Origin: Ancylonema sp.
Taxonomy: Eukaryota
Assembly (NCBI GenBank): GCA_050230475.1
Contig: JBFLGF010000126.1
Span: 1-64,000, forward strand
Reading direction: 5' to 3'
Length of the DNA stretch: 64,000 nucleotides
Under the pieces are notes generated by a model. It did no database searches. It saw only the letters and a program-made list of their open reading frames with translations, and was not told the DNA's origin. The position numbers and the translations under genes are program-made. Positions 38,375 through 50,727 of this stretch are shown here, one piece after another. Every line of letters begins with the position of its first letter. Position 1 is the first letter of the stretch.

Positions 38375-41300
38375 TCAGAAGAGAGGATGGACACGTGGCG
38401 GCACGCCAACAATGTTGGGTGCAAGATCTACGGAGCCCGGTCTTGCTTCTTGCACTCCCATCTTCTTCTCTTCCACGCACCACTGTTGAGGCGTTTCCGC
38501 ATCTTGGTTAGTAGGATCCTCACTGGTCACGCTTTGCGGGGGTGGACCCTCCCCCCTGATCTCAGGAGTTTTTAACATAAATTTGGTGATGGCAGCACCT
38601 GGGGGTGCTAGAGGCGTCACCAACGGTCTGGGAAGAGGTCCTGCACAATACGCATCAACTAATATTCGTTAAAAATTTGGAGCGAATAGTTGGAAAAGCT
38701 TGGACCGGGAAAATGGAGATGAGACACTAACACTGGCACTGTTTGTTGAACTTCTTCATCAGCCTCAAACGGCACAATGATGGCGGGCCAGACCCAAAAA
38801 ATCTGGAAGGCACTCGTGTGTAGCAACTACGTATACAGATATTGTACTGCTATTGTGGCAGTGATGGGAGGACTGACCTGAAGCAGTCTGAGGAGGAGGG
38901 AGTCCAAAGCGTTCGATCACTTCCGGCTTCACCTGTCACATGTTGGGACCGATTCGTTTTGCGTGATGCCTCTATATTGGGATTTTGAACCAGATTTCGT
39001 TATGTATGACGCCTCTGTGACCGGACTGACTGAGAAAGTATTAGCAAGCATTAGAAAGGGCTGTGGATGCAAGAGGATTGTTTCCTAAAGCTGCTCAATC
39101 GGAGAGACATGATGGTTGTATGGTGCGTAATGATGTCAGGAAAAAGAAGTCCGAGTCACCACAAATGGAGTGTGCCAGAAGGTTATCAACAAGTATAAAG
39201 AAAGCAGCTGATTAGATAAGCTGAGGTCCTGGTCTCATGTTTTTCCCTGTATGTGTTCCATCCTTTTTGCGTCGTTTGTATCAAATTTTTGCAGTGTGTA
39301 GAGTAGAATTAGAGGGATCTCTACCTGCCAGCTGTTCCCGATGTAGTCAGCCACACGCCGCATGCCGCTTTCCAAACTGATTTTGGAATGTGTTGGGAAC
39401 AGCTCGTGGAGCTCTTCCAAGTCCTTTTTCTTGTTCTGCTGAGTTTGCATGAGCACTGACGCCTGCGTCGGAACAGAGGGAGAATCTGATGACAGTCACA
39501 TGTGGTGAGGCGCAATTCCAAGAGAAGAATCAGCTTATCTCTGTGAGCTCATCAGCAGCGTGCATGTATGCATACATGTTCTTTCCTGGTCTGCTATACT
39601 CAAATCTTCCTCTTCCCAAAGGTTGATGATGACACAGCACGCATACCACTCTACATACCACGTCCCTAGTGGCGGACTATGGCAATATGGAGCAGCCATA
39701 GTGCAGAATCAGTTTCTGTCTCTGTGTGGGAACCAACCAGCTGTGGCAGGCACTCTTCTGGAAAGGTTTTGGCAGCCCTGGGAACCGCTCTCCTCTTCTC
39801 AGCATCCTCCCTCACATTGCCTCCATCCTCCTCTGCTGCCTGAGGTACGTCTATAACGACTTCTGACAGCACCTCCATTGTGAACGCCTTGAGCAGATCT
39901 GCGTCTGCTGTCACGAAAGTGATGGGTGCAGCGACTGCTTCTGCTGCCTTCCCATCCTCGGCCCGGACTGGAAGAGAGGAAATGACGAGGGGTTTGCCAG
40001 ACTGCAGCGCTTTGTGTATGCATCTAGACACCTGATGCCTCGCCCTCAGCACCTCCTTGCTGATGCCTGCAGCAGCAGCAGCAGCAGGTGGGGGGGTCTC
40101 GTCGTCAGAGCTTGCTGCTTCTTGGTGGCCCTGCGCCCGAGGATGGAAGAGAGGGATGAGACCTCGATGTGGTGCACACCATACAAACATATCGAGAAGT
40201 CTCCAGAGGATTGCGACAGACATGTTGCCTCTTCCAAAAAGCGATATCTGGTGGCAATGCCATGTCCGTGCTGCAGAATCGAGCGACTACAGTGTCCTTG
40301 TAGACCACGACCTCAGTCAAAATGTGAAGTTCTTCGAAAGGAAAGTGTGTGTGCCATGCCTCGTCTGCTGAAAGGTATCCATCGCACACAATGAAGCCAT
40401 CCTCTTCCTCCTGCTCGCCATTATCACTGCCTGCTCCGTCCTGGTCGAGGTCTGACAGCACGTCTGCATCAGCTGGATCGTCCTGCATCCACGGCCACAT
40501 CACGACACAATCTCAGAAGCAGCAAACGCCAGCCCAGGCAGTACCTTTCCATCCCATATCATCCCCTCCCATCCCTCCCATCCCCTCCTCTTCCATGTAT
40601 GACAGCGACTGATTGTCTGCTGAGGCAAGTGTAGCTTGGTCGCCGAGAGAGGACAGACAAAGTTTGGTTTTGTTGCATGAACTGACGTTCCTCTGGCCAA
40701 CCCTTTGCTTCGCCTACCTCCCACTCGTCCCCGCTGTCGACCGTGTAATCCATCTCTAAGTCCTTGCCGAAGGGTCGCCGGCCACTCACGATTTCGCTGC
40801 AGACCACAGCCCCCAATGTGACTCCATCACAAAAACTCGACAATCATATTTTAATATCACCTTCTGGATCCACTGCTTTGCTTCCCTTAGTTGGCGTAAG
40901 CTTTGATATGATCGAAACATATAAGTTTGGACATACCTGGAGGGAGGCTCTTTCCCATAATCCCCGTAATAGGGTGGTCGGGCATGGTCATGCTGAAGAA
41001 GCCTCCTTCGTTTGGGTCTGCGGTCATTTCGTGACGCTCCTCTGCTAACCCTTAGTCCCAATTCTGGTTCTACGATTTCTAGATCAAAGTCATCGTCACC
41101 ATCTGCAGAGCACACAGACCCTTTGGCAGAGGCAGGAGCGGGGGCCTGCATCTGCTCCAGCAAAGGCCGCTGCAATCGAAGCTCTTTGATGAGATCGACC
41201 TTTTTGTGCCGTCGAATGCCCCATCGTGCCGGCCTCTCCCGACGAAGTGATGTGGACGAGGTCTTCCAGCTTTTTCGATAGCCCCTGACATATGATGCCA

Positions 41301-42255
41301 AAACAAAGATGGTCCGTGTCAGTCGTGTGATGCTCGACATCAAGTGATGGTCCCCAAGGTTTTACCATTCCTTAAAGCCTCCAATTGAGTCATGAATGGC
41401 AGCATTTCTCAAGTTACATCGCATCTCGTGTCACTGTGAAGATGACGTAAGTGTTGCCTGTGTCATTGAAGGTTTGCAGAATGAGTTAGTTGTGACGCAC
41501 TCGAGAAGCTGCGAAGTTGTTGCCTCTCCACAATCGACAAGCCCCGCATCCATCTTCACTACAACTGCCTGTATGCGCTCCTCTAGATGCCGTGCAGCTT
41601 CTCCCTCTCTTTCAACTCCATGTCCCCTGTCGCCATCCTGGCCATGACTCTTGCCTGGCGAGGCAGCCTTCGCTAGAAATTTGCCCATGAAGCTAGCTTG
41701 CTTTTTCAGAGCATCTTGCTGCTTCTTTTTCTTCATCTCTCTCTCTGCTTCTTTAGCATCTTTCTCCTTTGCCTTTTTCTCTTTCTCCTCCTTCTCGGCC
41801 TGAGCCTTCAGCCTTTTCGTTTCCTTCTCTGCGTCTTTTGATTCCTTCTCCTTCGCCTTTAGGACCCTTTCCTGTTCTTTTTCCTCATCCTTCTCTGCTT
41901 TTTCCCGAGCCTTCTTGAGTCTCTCCTGTTCATTTTCTGCCTTCTCCTCAGCCCTTCTCACTTTCTCATGTTCCTTCTCCACCTTTTCCTGGGCTTTCTT
42001 TAATTTCTCCTGTTCTTTCACATCGTCTTTAATTCGCTTCAATTCCGCTGCCTCCTCCCTCTTCTCTTTTTTCTTCCGCAACTCCTCCACGTACATTCCG
42101 GTCTCTTCCTTTTTCCTTTTCTTCCCTTCTATTTTGGGTGACGAATGTGGGGCCTCACCCATCTCGTCATCAACGCGATCGATTCGCTTAGAAACATTGG
42201 CACGGTTTGACGGTGTCATACTCCGTAGCCTCGACACGTCTACGTTGTCACTCAT
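38375..42255 (-). CDS. FAS1: Chromatin assembly factor 1 subunit A (p150/FASCIATA1)
   Basis: K/E/R coiled coil ending LKKQASFMGKFL; RRLLQHDHARPPYYG; GRRPFGKDLEMDYTVDSGDEWE; EDGFIVCDGYLSADE; C-terminal winged-helix-like LHELFPTHSK...WQV. Confidence 0.9.
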
Positions 42256-42330
42256 GTAGCAGCAGGTGGGAATTTGCTTCGTCACTGCAGAATCTGCAGA
42301 CTCTGCAGAATTTGGTGAAATTTCAAAAAT

Positions 42331-42348
42331 GCGCGAACTGTTTCGCGC
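42331..42348. promoter_or_regulatory. Inverted pair of E2F-like sites upstream of FAS1
   Basis: GCGCGAActgtTTCGCGC. TTTCGCGC at 42341-42348 fits the TTTSSCGS consensus, about 85 bp upstream of the FAS1 ATG. Confidence 0.6.
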
Positions 42349-42956
42349 CCAGTACAACGCTAGTGATCTTGACGAGGGATTTCTTAATCCTCAGGGTTCA
42401 AAGTATTGAGCCACTCCACGACCATAGCCCCTGTCCCGCCTGGTCGGAGCGCACACGCTTGCGCCACGTCGAATACACAACTTTCATCCAGTAGTGTAAC
42501 TTCTATTAAGTGTTTTTAACCGCCGAGTACTATGAACCGCCGATATAGATCGTGAATACTGTCTTCACATTTTTCACTTCAAGTTTGTCAGATGCTGGTA
42601 AAACCGATGGCCCAACGCACCGAACAAGTCAAATTTGCCAAGGTCATGCTGACGTCTTCTGCCTTCCAGAAGGCAACCAAGAACAAAAATCCCCTGAAAA
42701 GCCGCTTGATGGCAGCAAAAAACCTACCTCATATACCTCGTTCCAAGTGATGACGCGCAACGCCATCACCATCATCCCACCCGTGATCATTCATACCGCC
42801 CGCTGCGAATGCTAAAATCGCTGCCGCTTCGTAATCAGTGAATCAGTAATCGACTGACCGATCTGCTGTGTAGTTTGTGTGTGAAATTTCAGCTTCAATC
42901 GCTCGCCTCACAGATCAAAGTACTCTACATCAAGAATACAGCCTGAGTGACTTCCG

Positions 42957-43547
42957 ATGATGAGGGACGACGATATTCCGTCGACTTCAGGAGAAGTAAT
43001 TGGTGGGAATGAAGGAGGTCGTTTGTACAATCCATACGCAGATTTGTACCCGGGCTTAAATACCAAGTCTTTGGAGAATATCTACAAGCTCCCAAACTCA
43101 CCTGAATTTCTCTTCAAGGAAGAGGCTGCAGTTGAAAGGAGAAGCTTCGGTGAGAACATGATATTTTCAGCGGGGTGCGGCTACTTGGCAGGCGCTGTTT
43201 TTGGGGGCGTGAGAGGCGTTGGGGAGGGTTTGAGATTACGAGAGGAAGGTGATACTCGTAAAATTAGGATAAACCGAGTTCTGAACGCGTCAGGACACCA
43301 CGGGCGAGCATCGGGCAACGCCCTTGGGGTTTTGGGGCTCCTGTACGGTACTATTGAGGGAGGGGTGGCACACTACAGGGAAACAGACGATTTCTTGAAT
43401 AGTGTGACAGCTGGACTCGCCACTGGGGCTGTCTACAAGGCAGCTTCTGGTCCTCGGGTAGCGGTTCTTGCGAGCGCTGTTGGTGGGATCGCAGCTGCAG
43501 GACTTACAGCAGGGAAACATCTGTCCAAACGGTATCTTGCGATCTAA
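42957..43547 (+). CDS. TIM23: Mitochondrial inner membrane translocase subunit TIM23, intronless
   Basis: RLYNPYADL, YKLPNSPEFLFKEEA, KIRINRVLNASG, GNALGVLGLLY and DDFLNSVTAGLATGAVYKAASGPR: plant Tim17/22/23 family, Tim23 type. Confidence 0.95.
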   Translation: MMRDDDIPSTSGEVIGGNEGGRLYNPYADLYPGLNTKSLENIYKLPNSPEFLFKEEAAVERRSFGENMIFSAGCGYLAGAVFGGVRGVGEGLRLREEGDTRKIRINRVLNASGHHGRASGNALGVLGLLYGTIEGGVAHYRETDDFLNSVTAGLATGAVYKAASGPRVAVLASAVGGIAAAGLTAGKHLSKRYLAI

Positions 43548-46308
43548 ACGGCGTTACGAGGCTGAGCAGGAGGGAACCACAGAGACGGGAGTGTCGGAAT
43601 TTTGTTTGCTGTGGGTCCATGCTATTCTAGCACACAAGGCAACTCTAGAAACTGAGTGAGTAGAGGGATACGGATCCGACCGGTGGCAGTTCACCTCGAG
43701 TCAGATCTGAATGGCACTGGCAGTGCCTTTACTTCCGAAGTTACTTAATATTACCAGTTTGAACTTGTGCAGGAGACTACTAGTTTTAAAAAGCTTCCTA
43801 CTTAACAGCACAATATTTTTGGCTGTAATCCCTCACTAACGATTTAGTTCGTTTGGTGGATTTTTGCATGGTTTCGCAAGTGAGGAAACTATATTCCACC
43901 TCAATGGTAGGCAAGACATCACTTTACTTCCCCCATGGAGTCCTTCACCCAAAATGTCACATTTAGAATGAACATGTCATTGAATAAACATAAGCCTCTT
44001 GATCTATCAATATTTAGTCGACGGTTTGCTATTGTATCTGCATTATCTGCATTTACATGCTCAGCCAAGCGCTTAGAATTTGCAACAACTTTTCATATCG
44101 TGTCTTGTGTGATAACCGGGGACCATTGATTAGGATCATACTCTGAGGTAATGGAATGCTCCTCACTCTTCTGGGAGATTGCTTTTCAACCATTGTGCAT
44201 TGTGCATGCCACAAACTTTTTCACTCGCAAAAAAAAAAACCCAAAAAAAACCCCAAAAAAAAGACATTTTTTTACTCCACAAAAAATAAGATTTTGGATC
44301 AAAGACTTAGCAAATACAATGAAGTCGCATGTGCTCCTCCCAAGGGTTTTTGAAGGATGCCTTTATTGGGTGTCGCAAGAATTACTGATTTCAAGTACTG
44401 TCCCAGAATTCATGGTATTGTTGATGGTATGGACGCGTGTTATCATTCTATGGTTCTTGTCGTTTTTGTTGCAATGGAGCCCTAGCTGAGACAGGACTCT
44501 TTTTTCTTGCGAGCATCACTAGTCAAGCACAGCAATTTAACTTGGATGGTCTAAGATCTCGGGGTGACAATCCCGTTGTTGCACAGTTCTTTTCGTATAC
44601 TGTGTGATAGTTTTCAGCTTTGATCCAAATCAGAATGGCTTGACGAAGCTGGTAGCGTTTGAAGTGAATCGCTCAATAAAATGGTGACAAAAATAAGCTT
44701 CTTGTTAAGTGTGATGTATGAGATGCATCAATTACATTGAAATGTCGCATGAAATAGCGGATTGCCGATCAAATGTGATACCACACCAAGAAGTAATGCA
44801 TCACATGTGGCACTTTACACGTGCAGCGCTTGGGTCTTTCCAATCAACTACACTTGCATGCTTTCAATAACTCGTACTCTACTCTTGTCACTTCCCTTGC
44901 CCTCATTACACGTCTTGTGAATGGCGTGAGCGAGTGTGCATGTTCTCGTGCTCATATGCGCGTCTCCATCTAACAATTTCAAAGTGTTATTTGAAGTTAA
45001 GACATCACATTTTGTCATTGTCACTCCAGATGACACCCCTGCCTCATACTCATTCTTAACGTGTCAATTGCGTATACAATAGGTGTGGTAAAAGGCATAA
45101 ATTCGCTTGAGTAGATAATCCGGTACTTTGCGGGGGTATTACAGGATTCCTCATATAGGAGATTTATCGCACGAACTACACCGAACATGTCTAAATGTCG
45201 GTGGCTATTGTTACTGTTTTACTTGCGGCTGATCGGAATGCGTTGGGCGCACGCCACGAGCGTCAGAGCATCTTTGTGTGACACAAGGGACGCATGGCAC
45301 GTATTGGTAATTTTGATTAACTGTAATCCTCATCAAGGGCAGAGGTTAGGTCAAGACCTTGCTCGTTGTATTGAGGCAGAAATTGGGATTGCCAATCCAT
45401 ATCAAAGTCTGAGCTTTCAGTCTTCCAAACCTAATTGATTCAACGCGAGCAAACATGTGTCCTTGTCTGAATGGGATGCGAATGCTCATTGTATGGGCGA
45501 TGATTTTAATCCGAGCACGTTGTTGATTGCATTGTCGTGTGCGTAAACCGTACATTCGACGTAGCAATAGGTGCCCCCCTTTTGGCGATGCTTTGTTGTG
45601 ATAAATCCGAATTGGCTATGGCTCGATAGATGCATCATGTAGATATTCACACATAATTGTGTGTTTGGGGTGCTTCCGTTTGATGCACATATGTCAACCA
45701 CACGCTCTTTCCGAAGTTTGCACCTTCGACAAGTTCTCTAACATTGTCAGTGTGACATGATGCATAATTCTAGCACTTCAACGGCAATGCGTGTTAGTAT
45801 TTCAAACACTCATGCAAAAGTTGGTTGACCAGGAGTCTACAAGTTGTAATGGAGACTTTCAATGGGGTGATGAAGCAGCTATTTTGTAATTACTAACCAT
45901 TTGCTTCTTGTCTATATCACACACCACCGCTAAGGAAATTGAAGTTGTGGTCTCGAATACGAGCCCAACGTATTGTTTTGCCTCACGTATTTTATCAAGC
46001 GCTTTCAAGATTTCGGGATCTCGGGATGGGGGCATTGTCTGATGGAGACTCATGCATAGGGTTCCAAAAATTACAATATTCAGGTTTGGAACCTAGGTTG
46101 TACATGCGTATCACGCAATTGCGTGCAATCGCGTAATTTTTACATTTGTCATGTAAGTTTACGTTTGGGCCGATGCTATTACAAAAAAGAACGTAAATTA
46201 CTTTTTGTCTTCTTATTGTGGGATCATGATCGTGATAAAAAATGTTACATACAACGACAATTATATTTTTGAACCTACCTCGAAAACGCAAAACCTAAAA
46301 CTGACAAA

Positions 46309-47075
46309 GTGAAAGTAACTCCTATTCTTCCTTCCCTTCGATTTCCCGCCCCTCTCTTCGTGACAGCATCCCGTCTTCGTCTTGGCCTTCCACATCCTTG
46401 TCTTGGGACGCATGCGGCGTATTCATGTGGCCACCCGTTGGATCCTCTCAGGACCCACCTTTTGCGCTGCGCTCGCGGTGGAGAGCGTACTTCATTGCAT
46501 GATTCAGTGCGCGATGCGGTTTACAACATCATTCGTGAGTCACGCCAGCACGCGCATCGGGAGCGCACTGGCTTCCGTCCCTCATCGGCTCCTCGGGGGC
46601 GCGGAGGGCGTGTCAATATTGTGATTTCGGAAGCTGCGGTGGGGCACAGTTTGATCGACATTGTAGTTGCAGACCCTACCCATCGTGATTTGGTGGAGCG
46701 CGTCGCTAGACATGATCTCGTCGCTGCTAGAGATGCGAAGAGAAGGAAGGAAACCCACTAGCGGGATCGCGCAGCTAGGATGAAATTTATGCCCTTTGCT
46801 CTTGAAACGTACGTCGCATTATCAGTTAGGTCGGATCGAATTTTGGTCGAGTGTACCACGTTAGTATCTAGGGAGTATGCAGGGTTAGGGCCCTCCAATA
46901 GCTTGTTGTGTACCTGGTTCCGTCAGAGAGTGTCGATTGCATTTCAACGGTCGCTTGCACATGCAATACATGTTTAGACTCAACGTCTAGAGCAATCCAT
47001 GGCCTCGTTACCTCCCCCACCATCACGCATTCCGCTCTCTTTTGCAGAGTTGCATGTTATTACTAGTTTTACCTA
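46309..47075 (+). mobile_element. Degenerate 3' fragment of a non-LTR retrotransposon with restriction-like endonuclease (RLE)
   Basis: RLRLG...CGHPLDPLRTHLLRCARGGER..LHD (Zn knuckle), GRVNIV/LIDIVV (degenerate PD..D), K..H*...FMPFALETY, then WFRQRVSIA. In-frame stop at 46759-46761. Confidence 0.8.
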
Positions 47076-47812
47076 GTACGATTAGCTCACATATTTGTCA
47101 TTTTTAGGGTATGTAGTTTTTAAAACCCAAGCATGGTCTTGTAATGAGATGGAGTTCCCGTCGTTTTTCATTATGTACAAATCTTTGAACGGATTACGGG
47201 GGGTACGGATTGCGGGTCACGGGTTACGGATTAAAGATTCCGATGTGGTTTGCAGTTTCCAATCGTCATTTGTCATTGTAAACACATGAAACATATCCCG
47301 GCTCATATCTGGCCATGCCTGTCCATTATGATTAGTTATATATAATATGTTTAATACAACCTGCCGTTGTGGCGAGAGAGGCGTGGCGACAGCGGTGGCA
47401 TTGGTATTTGTGTATGTGTGAAGCATTAAGTATGATAAGGGAGAAATGGTGTGCTGGTCTACATGGTCGGGGTGTTTAGCACATCGAAGGCTACAATTCT
47501 ACCAAGTATCTTATTCTTGTCATCAACATTATCATATTGATAAAAGTTTAATTATCTTCATGATAACAACACTGTCCACCAATAATCCGAAATGGAAATT
47601 CAATGTGACGCAATCATGTTGTCCAAATGCGAGCATCATTCCTCCCACAAAGTCACACGTGTGAGAGTCAACAACATGAATTATTTGAACTTCAATACGG
47701 AAATCGACATTTTGCAAAGTGCCACTCAAATTGATTGCAAGCTATTTGTACATCGAGTAGAGTGGGACATTTATTATCTCCAAAGCTGATAACTGTGGTT
47801 ATAATTCACACA

Positions 47813-50670
47813 CTACCGCTTCCCATTTACCACTTTTCGTTTTTTCCCCTCTCCTTCTTTTCCCCCCACCTCCCTAACCCCTTTCCCCAGCCCATCCCCT
47901 CCTTTCTTCCCTTTCCCTTTCTTGGCCCGATCTCCATCTCCCACCATGACCTCAGCAACCTCTCCTTTCCCATTCTTCTTCTCCTCCTTCCGGACCTTCC
48001 CCATCCCAACCACCACTCCACTACCAGCCCCCTTCAACTCTTCAGGCAGCCATTGGTCCACACATTTCAATGTCCCTAGCCCCAACAGCGGCCTGAGCTC
48101 GGCTTGGGCTTGGGCTCGAGTGTCGTCGTGTTGACAGCTGGCAAGGGCAGCCAGCACCTTCGAACTGCGCAGGTCGTCCAGTCGTACAACAACAACAAAA
48201 TATGAGTAACCTATTATGAGGATAGGGAAGAACATTTTTCATAATGATTGGACATAACGTCCTGAAATTCGTATATGCCCCTCTAGAAAACCAAATAACC
48301 CTCTAAAAATTCTCTTGGAAGCTTCCTTTTAAAGTTCTTCCCCTCCCATACAGACGTTCAGACATACAGCCATCCCATGCAAGTCCCCACCTGTGAGTCT
48401 CCGCCCACAGATGACACCTCCCCCTCAGGGCCCGCCCCCACAATACAGCAGCAAAAGGAAGCGCTCCACTCTCGACAGGTGGCGCCGCAGAATCTTGGAC
48501 TAGCCTCCGAATCGTCCTGCTGGCGAAAAAATCGTCCAAAACATGCTGCTCCACCCCATCCCCTCCTCCCCTATCCCCACCCCCATCCCCCTCCCCACCC
48601 AGTTCTGACCCCCCTATGCTCTCCTCGCCCTCAGCTGATTTCTGTTTCTTGATCTTCTGCTTTCCTCTGCCTTTATTTGTGTGCTCGCTCGGCCCTGCCC
48701 CTGTCTCTGGTCGATCTAGAGCAGCCAGCTCAGCAATAGCCGCATGCACTTGTGCCACTTCAGCAGGGGCTGCCCGCAACATCATCCCCTCCGCTGCTCC
48801 GCTAGCAACCTTTTCGAAACACACGGGACCAGTGAAGAAGAGCCACTGAGTGAAGTCATTCTTGCAGTTTATCGAAAAGACTGAGTGAAAAGACTCCCAT
48901 ACAACCTTCCCCATCCCCCTGTCCGCCTCCCATAACCAAATGACCACCACCTCATTACACCTCGCCCAGGTCAACATCTTTCACCTTCATGCCACCCTCA
49001 CCTCAAAGATGATGTCAGCACCATGTTGTGACCTCAGCAGCTCCCCTGCATGCTCCACACAGACCGATGCTAACTCCTGAGCCCCAACCCCCACCAAATC
49101 AACCGACTCAATTCTCCTTTCTTTCCACCATCCCTTTCCCTCCACTTCGAAACCCATCCACCCACTGACCTTGGCCAGCCCACTCCCCTGCAGCAGCTCC
49201 CAGCGTCTTAAAGCAGGATCTTTTTTGCTGCCTCCCAGACTGCCCTCCTCCTCCCCCTCTCCCCCCTCCTCCTTCTCTCCCTTCCCCCCTTCTTTACCCG
49301 CCTCTTCCTCGCCCTCACCCTCCACCTTCTCCTCTTCCTTCCCCTTCCCCTCTTCCTTCCCCTTCCCCTTCCGCTTTCCCTTCTTCTTCTTTTGTAGCAG
49401 CCCCTCCTCTACTTGATCCACAAAACCATCCACGGGCTTCTCTGCAAGGCCCAAGAGCAAGCAATATTGACCCATCACCACCTCGTTTGTATTACTGCCC
49501 CACCACTGGAGAACAGCACACCCAAACCTCGCAGCCTACACTCATTCCCTCAATACCAAACCCCCCTAACCTGAACAATCTGAACCACCCTGACGCACCT
49601 GCCACATCAGCTGCCACGCCAGCAGCTTTGACGACCAGTGGCTGCAGATCCTGGATGATGTCAGCAGGGAAGTAGCGCGGTGTACGTGGGGCTAAGAGGT
49701 GAAGGAGCACGCGGCTGCCATACTGGAAAGTACCAGGAAGTTTCCATCCAGGAGGGAAGAAGGTGTGAGCCAAGGAGACCATGAGGAACAGAAGGAGTCG
49801 ACCAGCGCCCTCTCACCTTGTGCAGTGCCAAAGGAAGAAGCTCTTTTTGTAACTCTGCCACAACCACCTACACCCACACCAACCCCCATCCCCCGTCCCC
49901 CTTCAATACTACGGCCAAATACATGGTCCCAGGGAAACCATTAGGGTCACTCTATGCCCTTCATTCACTTCCCCTCCTCTCCTCCACTCACCTTCCGCAC
50001 GAGCATGGTGTCATCGACTGAATCCAAGATTTGCACAATGACCTGCAAGCCAAACAAGTAGACTCAGTCAGGAATCGAGTCTCCTAACCAGGTCTGGTAA
50101 CCGGATTCGGTAACCCGATAGACACCCGGGGCCTCACTGGGTGAACCCGTTTTCTGACAGCTGTGCACCTTCCTTATCTACGATTCAAACACATCCTTCC
50201 ATCCAACCAGCCCCATGCACACATGTTAGTCCATAGATTCCATGTGTCACGATCTCAACCACACAAGACAATCGTCATGATGACTACCTGTATCATACAT
50301 TTAGTAGTAATGCCCACGCGATTACTCACTGATCCCCTCACCCGGTTCCCATGGTCATCCATGGCTGCCTTCACACAGTGGTCTTTGAGCCCCTTCACCG
50401 CCTTCTTGCGCTCCTGTATCCAGATCCCCAGACACCCAGACCCCAGTTTAATCTCCACCCTCAACACCGCCTGTTACATTCGTCACCCGCCCCTCATCGC
50501 CCTTTCACAGACCTTGGCTGATCCTGCTGCCACACAAAGCGATGCCACGCGTGCCCCGTCCCGAGTATGAAGCATGCGGACCAATAAAGTACCCGCCAGC
50601 TGTTCCACCACATCTGACACCAGACTCTGCGACCCCAAGCCCACACACATGCGATGACACACAGTCACAT

Positions 50671-50727
<57 letters not shown>

